In this document: positions 37,304 to 46,628 of the stretch, one piece after another | How positions within the stretch are numbered: position 1 is the first letter of the stretch | Layout of the letters: each line of letters opens with the position of its first letter | IMG/VR virus record: IMGVR_UViG_2706796350_000001 | Location: 19,325-83,324 of that record | Origin: a virus | Lineage: Duplodnaviria; Caudoviricetes | Direction: 5' to 3' (one strand) | DNA: 64,000 nucleotides | Made by a program: the position numbers and the translations under genes | The notes under the pieces: generated by a model | Told to the model about the DNA's origin: nothing | The model's database searches: none | What the model saw: only the letters and a program-made list of their open reading frames with translations

Positions 37304-37654
37304 ATGCTGATCTATTGCTCACGTGGCTGTGGGTATCCGATCGAGGTGACACAAGAAGTCATCGATGAGGCGACATCACACGGTGTGCCGGTCCAGGTGT
37401 CTCATGAAGCGGGTAAGTGCCCTGGCGACTCCGGGTTGCCGGATCACCGGTACCGCATGACGGTGACTGTGGAACGAGAGCCGAACCCCGAAACGGGTGA
37501 AGGAGGTGAAACGTATCTGCTCACGAAGGTGGGAGGGTTCACCGATGCCAACACACTGTCTGACGCGTTCGATAAGTTGACCGAGATGCTTGGCGAACAG
37601 TGGCAGAAGGTCAGTGAAATGAAGTACCTTGCCGAGCAGAACTTGGGCGGGTAA
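37304..37654 (+). CDS. Hypothetical protein (CxxxC...H...C)
   Basis: SD AAGGAGG; 116 aa. Confidence 0.7.
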   Translation: MLIYCSRGCGYPIEVTQEVIDEATSHGVPVQVSHEAGKCPGDSGLPDHRYRMTVTVEREPNPETGEGGETYLLTKVGGFTDANTLSDAFDKLTEMLGEQWQKVSEMKYLAEQNLGG

Positions 37655-37664
37655 CCAGGAAAGA

Positions 37665-37693
37665 TTGCGCCCTATGTATTAACGACGTAGAAT
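37665..37693 (+). promoter_or_regulatory. SigA-type promoter candidate upstream of SSB
   Basis: TTGCGC-N17-TAGAAT in the intergenic gap. Confidence 0.6.
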
Positions 37694-37744
37694 CGACAGC
37701 GCACGACAGCGCGACTACCAACACACGGAAGCGAGAAACAACTC

Positions 37745-38419
37745 ATGGTTTTGGTGAAAGCCAGCAAGGCCGGTTCGATCAAAAAGCTCAAGTCGAGCCT
37801 GAAGAAGGGCGGCGGTGGAGCATTCATCCGCAACGTCCCCAAGGATGGATCACTCACTGTTCGGTTCCTCACGGAACCGGAAGAGTGGGTGGAGTACCAG
37901 GAGTACTACGTCGAGGGCATGGAACCGGCGTTCTTCCCCGCGTTCGAGGGTCTGGACCCCGACGTGGTGGCAGAAGCACGTAAACCCTCCAAGCGGTACC
38001 TGGCGTGTGTCGTCGACCGCGACTCCAACGAAGTTGTTCCGGTCAAGATGCCGAAGTCTCTGGTCGAGTCCCTGATGAAGAAGTACGACAAGTACGAGAC
38101 CATCATGGACCGCGACTATGAACTGGTTCGCGACGGTGAGGGTTTCGACACCACCTACGAAGCGATCCCCGAAGCTCCGAAGAAGATGAACGTCAGTCAG
38201 TATGACGTTCTGGACCTGATGGACGTTCTGAACAAGCAGGTTCCGAGCAGCCTGACCGGAGAAGACGATGACGACGAGGACGAGGACGACACGCCCCCGT
38301 GGAAGGACGACGACAAGCCGGTCGCGTCCAAGCGTCGGGGCAAGCTGGGCAGCAAGACTTCCACCCCGGCGAAGAAGACCCGAGGCACGGCAGCACGACG
38401 CCGCCGTCTCAGCAAGTAA
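37745..38419 (+). CDS. Single-stranded DNA-binding protein (phage type)
   Basis: FIRNVPKDGSLTVRFLTEPEEW, DRDYELVRDGEG..TTY, acidic DDDDEDED stretch followed by a basic tail. Confidence 0.65.
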   Translation: MVLVKASKAGSIKKLKSSLKKGGGGAFIRNVPKDGSLTVRFLTEPEEWVEYQEYYVEGMEPAFFPAFEGLDPDVVAEARKPSKRYLACVVDRDSNEVVPVKMPKSLVESLMKKYDKYETIMDRDYELVRDGEGFDTTYEAIPEAPKKMNVSQYDVLDLMDVLNKQVPSSLTGEDDDDEDEDDTPPWKDDDKPVASKRRGKLGSKTSTPAKKTRGTAARRRRLSK

Positions 38420-38482
38420 TTGCCAACCCCGGTAATTACTCAACGTTCGACAACACCAAACACCGAAAGAGGTAAATCCAAC

Positions 38483-39235
38483 ATGGCTGCAAAGAGCAAC
38501 ACCACCGCTGACTTCACCGAGTTCGTTCGTTCGCTGCGCGATCTGTGCGACCAGTTCCTCGGGGACGACACCAAGGCCCCGAAGTCGAAGAAGGCGGACG
38601 CCGACGACGAGGATGACGCCACCGAGGCCCCCGGCCCGAAGTGGTCGGAGGCGGCACTGAAGACGATGCCGCTCGCGAAGTTGCGGGAACTCGCAATCGC
38701 AGAGGGCTACGAAGAGGATGAGGTGTCCGAAGCCAAGAAGCCGGAGTTGATCGAGGCCCTGCTCGACGATGACGAGTCGGAAGAGCCGGAAGACGAAGAC
38801 GCCGAAGACGACGAGTCGGAGGACGAGGACGAAGGCGACGAGGAAGACGAGGATGAAGAGGGGGAGGTCGACGAGGACGAGGAACTGGAAGCCGAGCGCG
38901 AAGAGCTGATGGGCCTCTCGCTTGCCAAGCTGCGTAAGACGGCACGCGATGACTACAACGCAACTCCCGCCGAGCTGAAGGGCCTCGACAAGGAGGGCAT
39001 CGTCGACCTGATCCTCGGGGCCGAAGAAGAAGACGACTCGGATGTGGGCATCGACGAAGAGAGCGATGAGGACGAGGACGGCTACACCGAAGACGAGCTG
39101 GACGGCATGGAACTCGCAGAACTGCGTGAGGTTCTGGACGAGTGGGAGGTCGACTACAGCCCGAAGGCACGCAAGGCGACGCTCATCAAGCTGATCCTGG
39201 AAGCCCAGGACGAGGAAGAGTACGAAGACGAGTGA
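38483..39235 (+). CDS. Highly acidic protein with three HeH/SAP/Rho_N-like repeats
   Basis: Three M.LA.LR.......K..LI..IL repeats separated by D/E tracts; SD GAAAGAGG before ATG 38483. Confidence 0.75.
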   Translation: MAAKSNTTADFTEFVRSLRDLCDQFLGDDTKAPKSKKADADDEDDATEAPGPKWSEAALKTMPLAKLRELAIAEGYEEDEVSEAKKPELIEALLDDDESEEPEDEDAEDDESEDEDEGDEEDEDEEGEVDEDEELEAEREELMGLSLAKLRKTARDDYNATPAELKGLDKEGIVDLILGAEEEDDSDVGIDEESDEDEDGYTEDELDGMELAELREVLDEWEVDYSPKARKATLIKLILEAQDEEEYEDE

Positions 39236-39642
39236 CCGCCGAATGGAACCTCACCAGTGAACAGGTTCGTGAAGCAGTTCGTGATCACGGGCATGTCATT
39301 GGTGAGGGTCTATTCGACACAAGCGGGTTGAGTGATTTACTTGATGCGCTAAACCAATCGGCGGAAACGCCAACGAGAGAAAGTAAGCATATGGCAGGCA
39401 AGCTCAACAAGTCGCAGGTCTACTCGATCCTCTGGCAGTGGAAGGCCGAGGTGGACGAGGGAACGCAGACCGTCCAACTGTCCGAACAGCAGGCAACCAA
39501 TGCCGAGCGAGCGATCAGCAAGCTGCGCCGGGAACTGGCCGAAGAGTACGACGACATCGGCAAGGCAGACGTGGTGGTCTTCGAGGTGTCGCGTGGTGCC
39601 TCGGACATCGACGTGCTGCGGGAGAACGACGCCGAAGAGTGA
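39232..39642 (+). CDS. Hypothetical protein
   Basis: GTGA coupling at 39232; alternative start ATG 39391. Confidence 0.55.
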   Translation: MTAEWNLTSEQVREAVRDHGHVIGEGLFDTSGLSDLLDALNQSAETPTRESKHMAGKLNKSQVYSILWQWKAEVDEGTQTVQLSEQQATNAERAISKLRRELAEEYDDIGKADVVVFEVSRGASDIDVLRENDAEE

Positions 39643-39653
39643 TCGGCGGCGGT

Positions 39654-39714
39654 TGAGTAAAGCCGGGGTAGGTGCGCGTGGGGATGCGTAATCTACTCCG
39701 GCTTTACTCATTTC
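39654..39714 (+). terminator. Long hairpin (terminator or processing site)
   Basis: 18-bp stem 39654-39671 / 39693-39710 with one G-U, followed by TTTC. Confidence 0.65.
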
Positions 39715-39830
39715 AGTGAACCGGATTTCGCTCCGGGTGGTCATGGGTACCGGAAGTCCTCGGCTAAGTGCAGCAACCGTCACACGTAAGCCCACACCAC
39801 AAACAGATACAACCGAAACAGGAGAAGGCA

Positions 39831-40127
39831 ATGGGAAGCGCACCGAACCACAACTACGACCGGATCATCCTCCCTGGCAACCAGGGCATGTACGTCCTCA
39901 TGTATTCCGATATTTCACAGATCAAGATCGCCAGCAAGCAGCACATTCTCTTGCCGTTGTCGATGCACGGGCAGACACAGGCAGCTCCGGCACAGGGCAC
40001 CGATGTGTTCTTGCGTGCCGACCGCTATCGTCTCGACGACCCTTACCCGTTTCGCGAATCGCCAGACGACTATGTGTGCATCCGGCGCTCCGAGTACGAC
40101 GCGCTGAAGGCGACACTCGGAGAGTGA
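39831..40127 (+). CDS. Hypothetical protein
   Basis: SD AGGAG before ATG 39831. Confidence 0.65.
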   Translation: MGSAPNHNYDRIILPGNQGMYVLMYSDISQIKIASKQHILLPLSMHGQTQAAPAQGTDVFLRADRYRLDDPYPFRESPDDYVCIRRSEYDALKATLGE

Positions 40128-40128
40128 C

Positions 40129-40611
40129 ATGGAAACAACACATCGTGTGATCGCAGAGACCGACACTGGCACGTTCGTTCTGCTGTTTCGTGGGAGTGAA
40201 GACGATTGCCTGAAGTACCACAGAGAGATCGCCAACCGGGAAGTCAAAGAACAGCCGACCAGTCGCCACGACCTCGACAACATGATCCCTCCTGGCACGA
40301 CTGTCTACGTCGCGACCATTGACCTCCGAACCGTGCTTACAGGCCGCGAGCGTGCCTATGAGGTGGTCGGAAAGCCCCTTGCAGCAGTGACGGAAGTCGA
40401 CGTGAGGATCGAGATACTGCGGTCGGTCGATACCGGCAGCGAACTGACTCACCGCTACGCACGTCGTCACGGGGTAGGCAACGTCAAGGCGGTTCGAGAC
40501 ATTCGCGCAGAGTTGTGGCGTCTCTGGTACGACACGCACGTCGAGACAGTTGCCGAAGGTCTAAAAGTTATCAGCGACAAGTTGAAGGAGCAGCCACATG
40601 GGCAAGGATGA
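40129..40611 (+). CDS. Hypothetical protein
   Basis: 160 aa, SD GGAG. Confidence 0.65.
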   Translation: METTHRVIAETDTGTFVLLFRGSEDDCLKYHREIANREVKEQPTSRHDLDNMIPPGTTVYVATIDLRTVLTGRERAYEVVGKPLAAVTEVDVRIEILRSVDTGSELTHRYARRHGVGNVKAVRDIRAELWRLWYDTHVETVAEGLKVISDKLKEQPHGQG

Positions 40612-41002
40612 CGTACCGGAGCACTACACCATGGAAGACATGGAATACGTGCGTGACCAAGCACTGAAAGATTTATTCACAGAGGACATCTACCGTGCGG
40701 ACCAGCTAAAGGGCGGGAGCATTGGTCTCTTCCAGCAACAGACGCCTGGTTTCAATCAGTCGCCGTCACCATCGCTCGTTCATCACACTAGTGCAGGCAC
40801 CAGCACGAACAACATGACGGTGGCGAGCAAGGATGAGATCGTCAGTGACGCGCTCAATGCACACCGTACTCAGATCGACAAAGCACAAGAGCGTATTGCC
40901 GATCTGGAAAAAGAGGTGGCGGAACTGAAGCAATACGTTCGTGAGCTTTCCGCAGCCGTCAACCGTCGGCCGGTGCTGAAGAAGCGGGGCGAGACGCAAT
41001 GA
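40598..41002 (+). CDS. Hypothetical protein with C-terminal coiled coil
   Basis: SD AAGGAG; heptads RTQIDKAQERIADLEKEVAELK. Confidence 0.65.
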   Translation: MGKDDVPEHYTMEDMEYVRDQALKDLFTEDIYRADQLKGGSIGLFQQQTPGFNQSPSPSLVHHTSAGTSTNNMTVASKDEIVSDALNAHRTQIDKAQERIADLEKEVAELKQYVRELSAAVNRRPVLKKRGETQ

Positions 41003-41190
41003 CGGGACACGAAAAGCAACTAGCAAGCGCACTCCTGCAAGGTTGGGACATCGCGGAAGAGCCAGTCAAGTCTGTGAAGGTCAAGCCGAACACCACCTAC
41101 TACCTCTTGGTGCACGGGTGGTCGTGCAGTCAGTGCGCGGCACGAGTCACGGTTGGTGACTTCAGTAAGCATGCAAGGAGACACAAATGA
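40999..41190 (+). CDS. Small C2H2-like Zn-finger protein
   Basis: CSQC...FSKHARRH. Confidence 0.6.
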   Translation: MTGHEKQLASALLQGWDIAEEPVKSVKVKPNTTYYLLVHGWSCSQCAARVTVGDFSKHARRHK

Positions 41191-41483
41191 GGCAAGAAGA
41201 CTGGAACCCCGCCGCTCACCCCATGCTGATCGAGGCAAACATTGGGCCGATGCAGATACAAGCACCTGTCCCGAGGGTTATTGAGAACGGCAAAAACGGG
41301 CCGAACAAAGTTGGCGTTGCTGCCGAGGCATGGCAGTCGCTAGATGCAAAAGTACGATTGCATGCTTGTATTTTGTGCGGAGCGGTTGTCACCCAGAACA
41401 CGTGGACGATGCACAACAACTGGCACGACGAGAACAAGCGACCTGTCAAGCGTGTCAGGTCGACACAACAGAAGGGAGAGTAG
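41187..41483 (+). CDS. Small Zn-finger protein
   Basis: CILCG...H..WH. Confidence 0.6.
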   Translation: MRQEDWNPAAHPMLIEANIGPMQIQAPVPRVIENGKNGPNKVGVAAEAWQSLDAKVRLHACILCGAVVTQNTWTMHNNWHDENKRPVKRVRSTQQKGE

Positions 41484-41486
41484 GTA

Positions 41487-41921
41487 ATGGCTACGCGATG
41501 GGACAAGCTCAGCACTTGGGACCGTTTGCTGAGCAACGTAAACAAGTGTGGGCCACGTAAATCTCATATGCCGACTCGTTGCTGGGTATGGACTGGCGCT
41601 GTTCGCGGTCGGTACGGCCAGATGAAGGTAAGAGGGCGCACCTTGCGCGTTCACCGAGTTGCTTACGCAGAATGTAAAGACGGCATACCAAACGGCCTCC
41701 ACGTAGACCACCTATGCCGTACTACTTTGTGCGTACGCCCTTCGCACTTGGAGGCAGTTACTCAAAAAGAGAATAACGAAAGAACGTATGAGCGCGAGTG
41801 CCAGAAGGGGCACCAGTGGACCGATGACTCGACATATGTACGCAGTGATGGCACGAGAGAGTGCCGTATCTGTCGACGCGAAACAGAACGGAGGCGCTAT
41901 GCCCGGCGCAGTACCACGTAG
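41487..41921 (+). mobile_element. Free-standing HNH endonuclease upstream of dnaE
   Basis: CWVWTG..G.YG, HRVAY, VDHLC....CVRPSHLEAVT..EN, CQKGH...CRIC. Confidence 0.92.
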
Positions 41922-44730
41922 TGACACGAAGTTTTTCCATGTGCATTGCCATTCTCAGTTCAGTCCATTGGATGGAACCGCAGCGGTTGATCTCATGGTT
42001 AAGAAGGCGGTCGAGCTTGGACAGCCAGCATTGGCACTTACTGATCATGGCAATATGGCAGGCGCGGTCAAGTTGTACCTCAATGCCAAGCAAGCAGGCA
42101 TACAGCCGTGGATCGGAGTGGAGGGATACCTAATCGACCCGACGCGTGACGATTGGGAAGCTCCCGAACGAAAGGCACCGCCGGTCAAGAGGTTCCACTA
42201 CTGCGTCCTGGCATTGAATGAGCGCGGATACATGGGGTTGGTGAAGTTCAACTCGATGACGCACACCCGACCACGATTCAATCGGTTCCCGCGCAACACA
42301 CTCTCGGACCTGATCACACTCGGCAAGGAGTACGGGGATGACCTCGTGTTGACAACCGGGTGCTACTTCGGCCTCATCCAGCAGTTGATCGCACGCGGGC
42401 AGAAAGACCTCGCAGAGCGGTATATCGGCATGCTGTCGGCAGTGTTTCCGCACATGTTTGTGGAGTTGCAGAACCACAACATCTGTCACGACGATCAGCC
42501 GGAAGACGAAGAGCTGATCGGGATGGACGACGACGACATGGTGCAAGCATTGGTCGAGATCGCAGCACACCATGCCTTGCCTGTCATCGCCACGCAGGAC
42601 TCGCACTACCTGAAGCAGAACCAGAAGGGCGCACACAGCCTGATGAAGCGGATGGTTTACTCATCTGCGGAAGACGGTTTTCCTGGGGACTCGTTCCATC
42701 TGGCGTCGGCGGAATGGGTGGCCGAGCACTACGACCAGGATGTCTGGGACCAGGTTGAGGACGGGTTCTACGAACTGTTCCATCTGCACGACCTGAGCAT
42801 CGAGCCGTTGGACAACTACCGTCCACGTGTCCCTACGGAGTCGAAGACACCGAACAAGGACATTCGACGGGCGGCACTGAAGCAATTGCGAGCACTCGGG
42901 TTTGATCAGGTGCAGACATACATGGACCGCATGAACCACGAACTCAGCGTGATCAAGACACTGGGCATGGCGAACTACTTTGTCATCGTCGGAGACGGTG
43001 TGAAGTGGTGCCAATCCAACGGCATCATGGTTGAGTCACGTGGTTCGGCAAACGGGTCGTTGGTCTGTTATCTGCTCGGTATCACGCAGGTCGATCCGAT
43101 CAAGTGGGGTGGACTGTTCGAGCGATTCCTGTCGACGGACCGGACGAAGCCGCCAGACATCGATATCGACATCGAGGACGAGGGTCGCGGTCGTCTGCTC
43201 GAATACTGGCTCAGCAAGTACGGCGCGGTGCAGATCGGCACATGGGGTCTGCTCGGTACAACGGTCGACCCCGAAACCGGGGAAGAGAAGGGTTCGGTTC
43301 TTCAGACGTGGATCACGTCGAAGCGTCGTGAGTGCGAGCAGATCGCGAAGGAGTGGGCAGACCGTAAGGAGATGTTCGGTAAGAAGCGACCGAACGGCGG
43401 GGAGATCACTGCATACGGTCGTGGCATCTTCAACAAGACCTATGCAGACGTTCAGAGCTTGGAAGACGTGCGTCGGGTAGCGCCGGATGACTACAAGCAT
43501 TTGCGTGAGTTGTCCACGATGGGTTCGGTCTACAAGTCGTACGGAGTGCATGCCGGTGGTGTGCTGTTGTCTGGCGACGACATCAAGATCGAGGACTACA
43601 TACCGACCATGTTGGTTGCATCATCCAACACTCGTGTGTCGCAGTATGCGATGGATGACGTGGAGGCGTTCGGTTTGCTGAAGATGGACGTTCTCGGGCA
43701 GTCGTCGTTGCGGATGATGAAGCTCTGCCAGGAACTCATCGGTGTGGACGATCCCACGGACTTCTCGTGGATTCCCGAAGACGAACCAGAGGCGACCAAG
43801 CTACTGCGTGATGGCCGCACCAAGACCGGCGTGTTCCACTTTGAGGGATACACAAAGGCAAAGGGTGGCCGCGAGATGAAGGTCAGGTCCACCGAGGATG
43901 CAGTCATGGTCCAGGCGCTCTACATGCCGGGTGCCATGAACTCGGGACAGACCGCCGACTACATCAAACGTCGGTTCTCTGCTGCCGAGCGTCGGAAGAT
44001 CACGTACATATCGCCGGAGTTTGAGAGTGCGCTATCGCGAACGTACGGAACGGTGATCTTTCAGGAGAGTATTATTGAGATCATGCGCAACTTCGGTCTC
44101 GACATAGCTACGATCAACGTGTTCTTCAAAGTGGTGAAGGACTCAGGTCGCGGTGCCGTCGAGCGCAACCGAGAGCGCATGGCACAGGTGCGAGGCAAGT
44201 TCGACAAGGCAGTGTCGGCGCGAGGCGTCGATCCCGACGAAGCTTGGGAGATGCTTGCTGGTTTTGCAAGTTACGGGTTCAACCGTGCACACGCGTCGGG
44301 GTACGGGATCAGGAGTTACCGAACTGCGTATCTTAAGGCGCACTACAAGGTCGAGTTTATGACCGCGTTGCTTCAGACGTGGGCAGGTCGAGACAAGGAG
44401 AAGGATTACATCAGGGAGGCCCGGAGGATCGGCCTGCGCCTACTTCCACCGGACGTGAACGTGAGTGGGCCGTCTTGGACCCTAGATCGAACCAGGAAAG
44501 ACGTTATCCGCAAGGGACTGGTTTCTATATCAGGCGTTGGTATGAGGGCAGCAGAGGCGATTTCTGCCGAAGCGCCGTTCACGAGCATCGAAGACCTGAT
44601 CGAGCGAGTTCCGGCGCGATCAATGACAGGAGGTAAGCGATGGCTAGAGACAGGGGAGTGGTCCGGCATCCTCGAAAAGTTGAAGGACGCCGAAGCACTC
44701 GAAAGTCTGTTGAGCAGTGGCGACAAGTAG
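41899..44730 (+). CDS. dnaE: DNA polymerase III alpha subunit (PHP + Pol core + HhH)
   Basis: SD GGAGG before ATG 41899; HVHCHS..S.LDG, TDHG, SRGSANGS, PDIDID, GVHAGG, LLKMDVLG, SYGFNRAHA. Confidence 0.95.
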   Translation: MPGAVPRSDTKFFHVHCHSQFSPLDGTAAVDLMVKKAVELGQPALALTDHGNMAGAVKLYLNAKQAGIQPWIGVEGYLIDPTRDDWEAPERKAPPVKRFHYCVLALNERGYMGLVKFNSMTHTRPRFNRFPRNTLSDLITLGKEYGDDLVLTTGCYFGLIQQLIARGQKDLAERYIGMLSAVFPHMFVELQNHNICHDDQPEDEELIGMDDDDMVQALVEIAAHHALPVIATQDSHYLKQNQKGAHSLMKRMVYSSAEDGFPGDSFHLASAEWVAEHYDQDVWDQVEDGFYELFHLHDLSIEPLDNYRPRVPTESKTPNKDIRRAALKQLRALGFDQVQTYMDRMNHELSVIKTLGMANYFVIVGDGVKWCQSNGIMVESRGSANGSLVCYLLGITQVDPIKWGGLFERFLSTDRTKPPDIDIDIEDEGRGRLLEYWLSKYGAVQIGTWGLLGTTVDPETGEEKGSVLQTWITSKRRECEQIAKEWADRKEMFGKKRPNGGEITAYGRGIFNKTYADVQSLEDVRRVAPDDYKHLRELSTMGSVYKSYGVHAGGVLLSGDDIKIEDYIPTMLVASSNTRVSQYAMDDVEAFGLLKMDVLGQSSLRMMKLCQELIGVDDPTDFSWIPEDEPEATKLLRDGRTKTGVFHFEGYTKAKGGREMKVRSTEDAVMVQALYMPGAMNSGQTADYIKRRFSAAERRKITYISPEFESALSRTYGTVIFQESIIEIMRNFGLDIATINVFFKVVKDSGRGAVERNRERMAQVRGKFDKAVSARGVDPDEAWEMLAGFASYGFNRAHASGYGIRSYRTAYLKAHYKVEFMTALLQTWAGRDKEKDYIREARRIGLRLLPPDVNVSGPSWTLDRTRKDVIRKGLVSISGVGMRAAEAISAEAPFTSIEDLIERVPARSMTGGKRWLETGEWSGILEKLKDAEALESLLSSGDK

Positions 44731-45173
44731 GGGGTACCTATTACGAGGTTTCAAGTTTGGGCAACGTGCGTAGCTGGTCACGCAAGCAGCAGGGGAGGTT
44801 GTTGTCCCCTGCTGCCCGTTCTCGCACTAGTGATCACTTGTCAGTGGTCATCGAAGGCAAGTCGGTGCTCGTGCACCGTTTGGTAGCCGAGGCGTTCTTG
44901 GGAGCGCCGCCGTCGGATAAGCCACTTGTCCTACATCGTGATGGCAACCCACTCAACAACAAGGTGACCAACCTGAAGTACGGAACCTCTTCAGAGAACC
45001 GCCTGGATTCTGTGAGTCATGAAACGTGTCCCTGGTCTCGCAAGACCCACTGTCCGCAAGGACACGAGTACACACCAAGCAACACGTACATCTACAAGGG
45101 CACGCGAGCTTGTAAGGAGTGTCGGCGAGAAACTGCGCGTAAGTGGTATTTGCAAAACAGGAAAGGCAAGTGA
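44640..45173 (+). mobile_element. NUMOD4-HNH homing endonuclease overlapping the dnaE 3-prime end
   Basis: EQW..V...YEVSSLGNVRS (NUMOD4), VHRLVAEAF, H.DGNPLNN...NL; SD AGGAGGT 44628-44634 lies inside dnaE. Confidence 0.9.
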
Positions 45174-45176
45174 CAA

Positions 45177-45425
45177 GTGGCACATGAAAACAACGGAGCG
45201 ATGTTCTCCGACCTGGAACGAATGGAGAGACGCCTTGCGACTTACGCAGCGACCGTCGGATACATGCTTGGGGAGAACACACCATTGCAGCACGAGTTGC
45301 AGGGAGCGCAACGAAGTGTCAAATCCGCGAGTGCTCGACTGGAACGCATGGCTGAGTTGGTTCCTGCGCTGGACGACATTGCTAGCCGTAGTGCTGGTAA
45401 CGCTACTGGTCAGAGTGGTGTTTAG
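45177..45425 (+). CDS. Hypothetical protein
   Basis: 82 aa. Confidence 0.55.
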   Translation: MAHENNGAMFSDLERMERRLATYAATVGYMLGENTPLQHELQGAQRSVKSASARLERMAELVPALDDIASRSAGNATGQSGV

Positions 45426-45588
45426 TCGTAGGTCTGTCGCGATGTCGGTACGAAGAGCTACCGTTCTAGCGACAGCGGCACAAATCCTGGAACAGATGGG
45501 CGAGGAAAAGTTGTCCAGCCAGGTAGCCAAAGTGGCAAACAAAGTTTATTACGATGCACAAATCGAGAAAGGCAGGATCAAGAAGTGA
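45418..45588 (+). CDS. Small hypothetical protein
   Basis: 56 aa filling the gap, overlap coupling at both ends. Confidence 0.4.
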   Translation: MFSRRSVAMSVRRATVLATAAQILEQMGEEKLSSQVAKVANKVYYDAQIEKGRIKK

Positions 45589-45806
45589 AGCACTACGAGG
45601 GTGTCACCGCAAAGACGTTCAAGTGCCCCGACTGCCAGGCGGCTCCGGGTGGCGAGTGCACGGTTCCGACCGACAACTCGCGTAAGCCGGTGCGGTGGTT
45701 CCATAACGCACGTGAGCGCCTGGTCGATGAAGTGAAGTACAACGACCGGTGCATGCCCGAGTGGGAATATCACTCGACCCCGCACAAGGGATGCGTGCTG
45801 CGATGA
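45585..45806 (+). CDS. Zn-finger protein
   Basis: CPDCQA.PG.EC......H.AR pattern common in actinophages. Confidence 0.7.
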   Translation: MKHYEGVTAKTFKCPDCQAAPGGECTVPTDNSRKPVRWFHNARERLVDEVKYNDRCMPEWEYHSTPHKGCVLR

Positions 45807-46009
45807 GCAAGTACGGGGAAAAGCACAAGTCGCGGACGGCGACGTGCACTGCGAAGGACAACTCGGGAAAGCGGTGCACCCTACCCGGCGTGAGGTTGGC
45901 GCACACGATCGCCGGTCTGCAATGGCACTGCGAAGAGCACTACGCGCAGAAGATCGCAGCCGGTGACCCGCATAACCCGATCAGGAGCAAACCAATGGGG
46001 TACCAGTGA
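45803..46009 (+). CDS. Small Cys/His-rich protein
   Basis: ATGA coupling; C.AK...GKRC...C..H. Confidence 0.55.
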   Translation: MSKYGEKHKSRTATCTAKDNSGKRCTLPGVRLAHTIAGLQWHCEEHYAQKIAAGDPHNPIRSKPMGYQ

Positions 46010-46233
46010 TGGGTGACGTGAGGTTCTTCCTCGCTACGTGCATCATGCGCCCGTTGCAGCCGGTCGTGAATTGGTGGGATCACAAAATGGTCCCGAGGAT
46101 GTACCAGCTCGAAGATCACGACTGGAACTTCATGGGCGAGCGCATCAGGTGTCGGAACTGTGGTGAATACGCAAACATGTTCACCCTGCTCCGCATCTGG
46201 TGGTCATTACGGAAGATACGAAAGAGGGTCTAG
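46006..46233 (+). CDS. Small hypothetical protein (H...C..C)
   Basis: 75 aa, coupled. Confidence 0.5.
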   Translation: MMGDVRFFLATCIMRPLQPVVNWWDHKMVPRMYQLEDHDWNFMGERIRCRNCGEYANMFTLLRIWWSLRKIRKRV

Positions 46234-46235
46234 CC

Positions 46236-46628
46236 ATGTTGAGCCGCAAGATCGTCTTGCCCGTGTGTGATCGCCGTTTGGTTGAGCGGCAAAGGGCACA
46301 GTGGCGTCGTGCGTGGACTACAGGTCCAGAGCGCGGGCCGAAGTACGAGTACCCGTGTTGGGTCTGTGGCGAGCTTGGTGAGATTGGAGTTGCGGGGTTC
46401 GGAACCAAAGGGACACTCATCCGACCCCGCAACTTCCAACACGCCGACTGTTACGAGTCGGTTGACGAATATCAAAAAATGATCTGGCGAATACGAGACA
46501 CCAAGCACGTGTTGCGCAGGGCACAGCGGCGCAAGTCAAAACGTTCATACGATCGCGAGGCGTTGCGTCAGCGCCGGTATGACTTGGGACTCGACACCAG
46601 CACTGGAAAGCAAAGGAAAGCGCGCTAA
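46236..46628 (+). CDS. Zn-binding hypothetical protein
   Basis: CWVCG...H.DC; SD GAGGG before ATG 46236. Confidence 0.55.
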   Translation: MLSRKIVLPVCDRRLVERQRAQWRRAWTTGPERGPKYEYPCWVCGELGEIGVAGFGTKGTLIRPRNFQHADCYESVDEYQKMIWRIRDTKHVLRRAQRRKSKRSYDREALRQRRYDLGLDTSTGKQRKAR

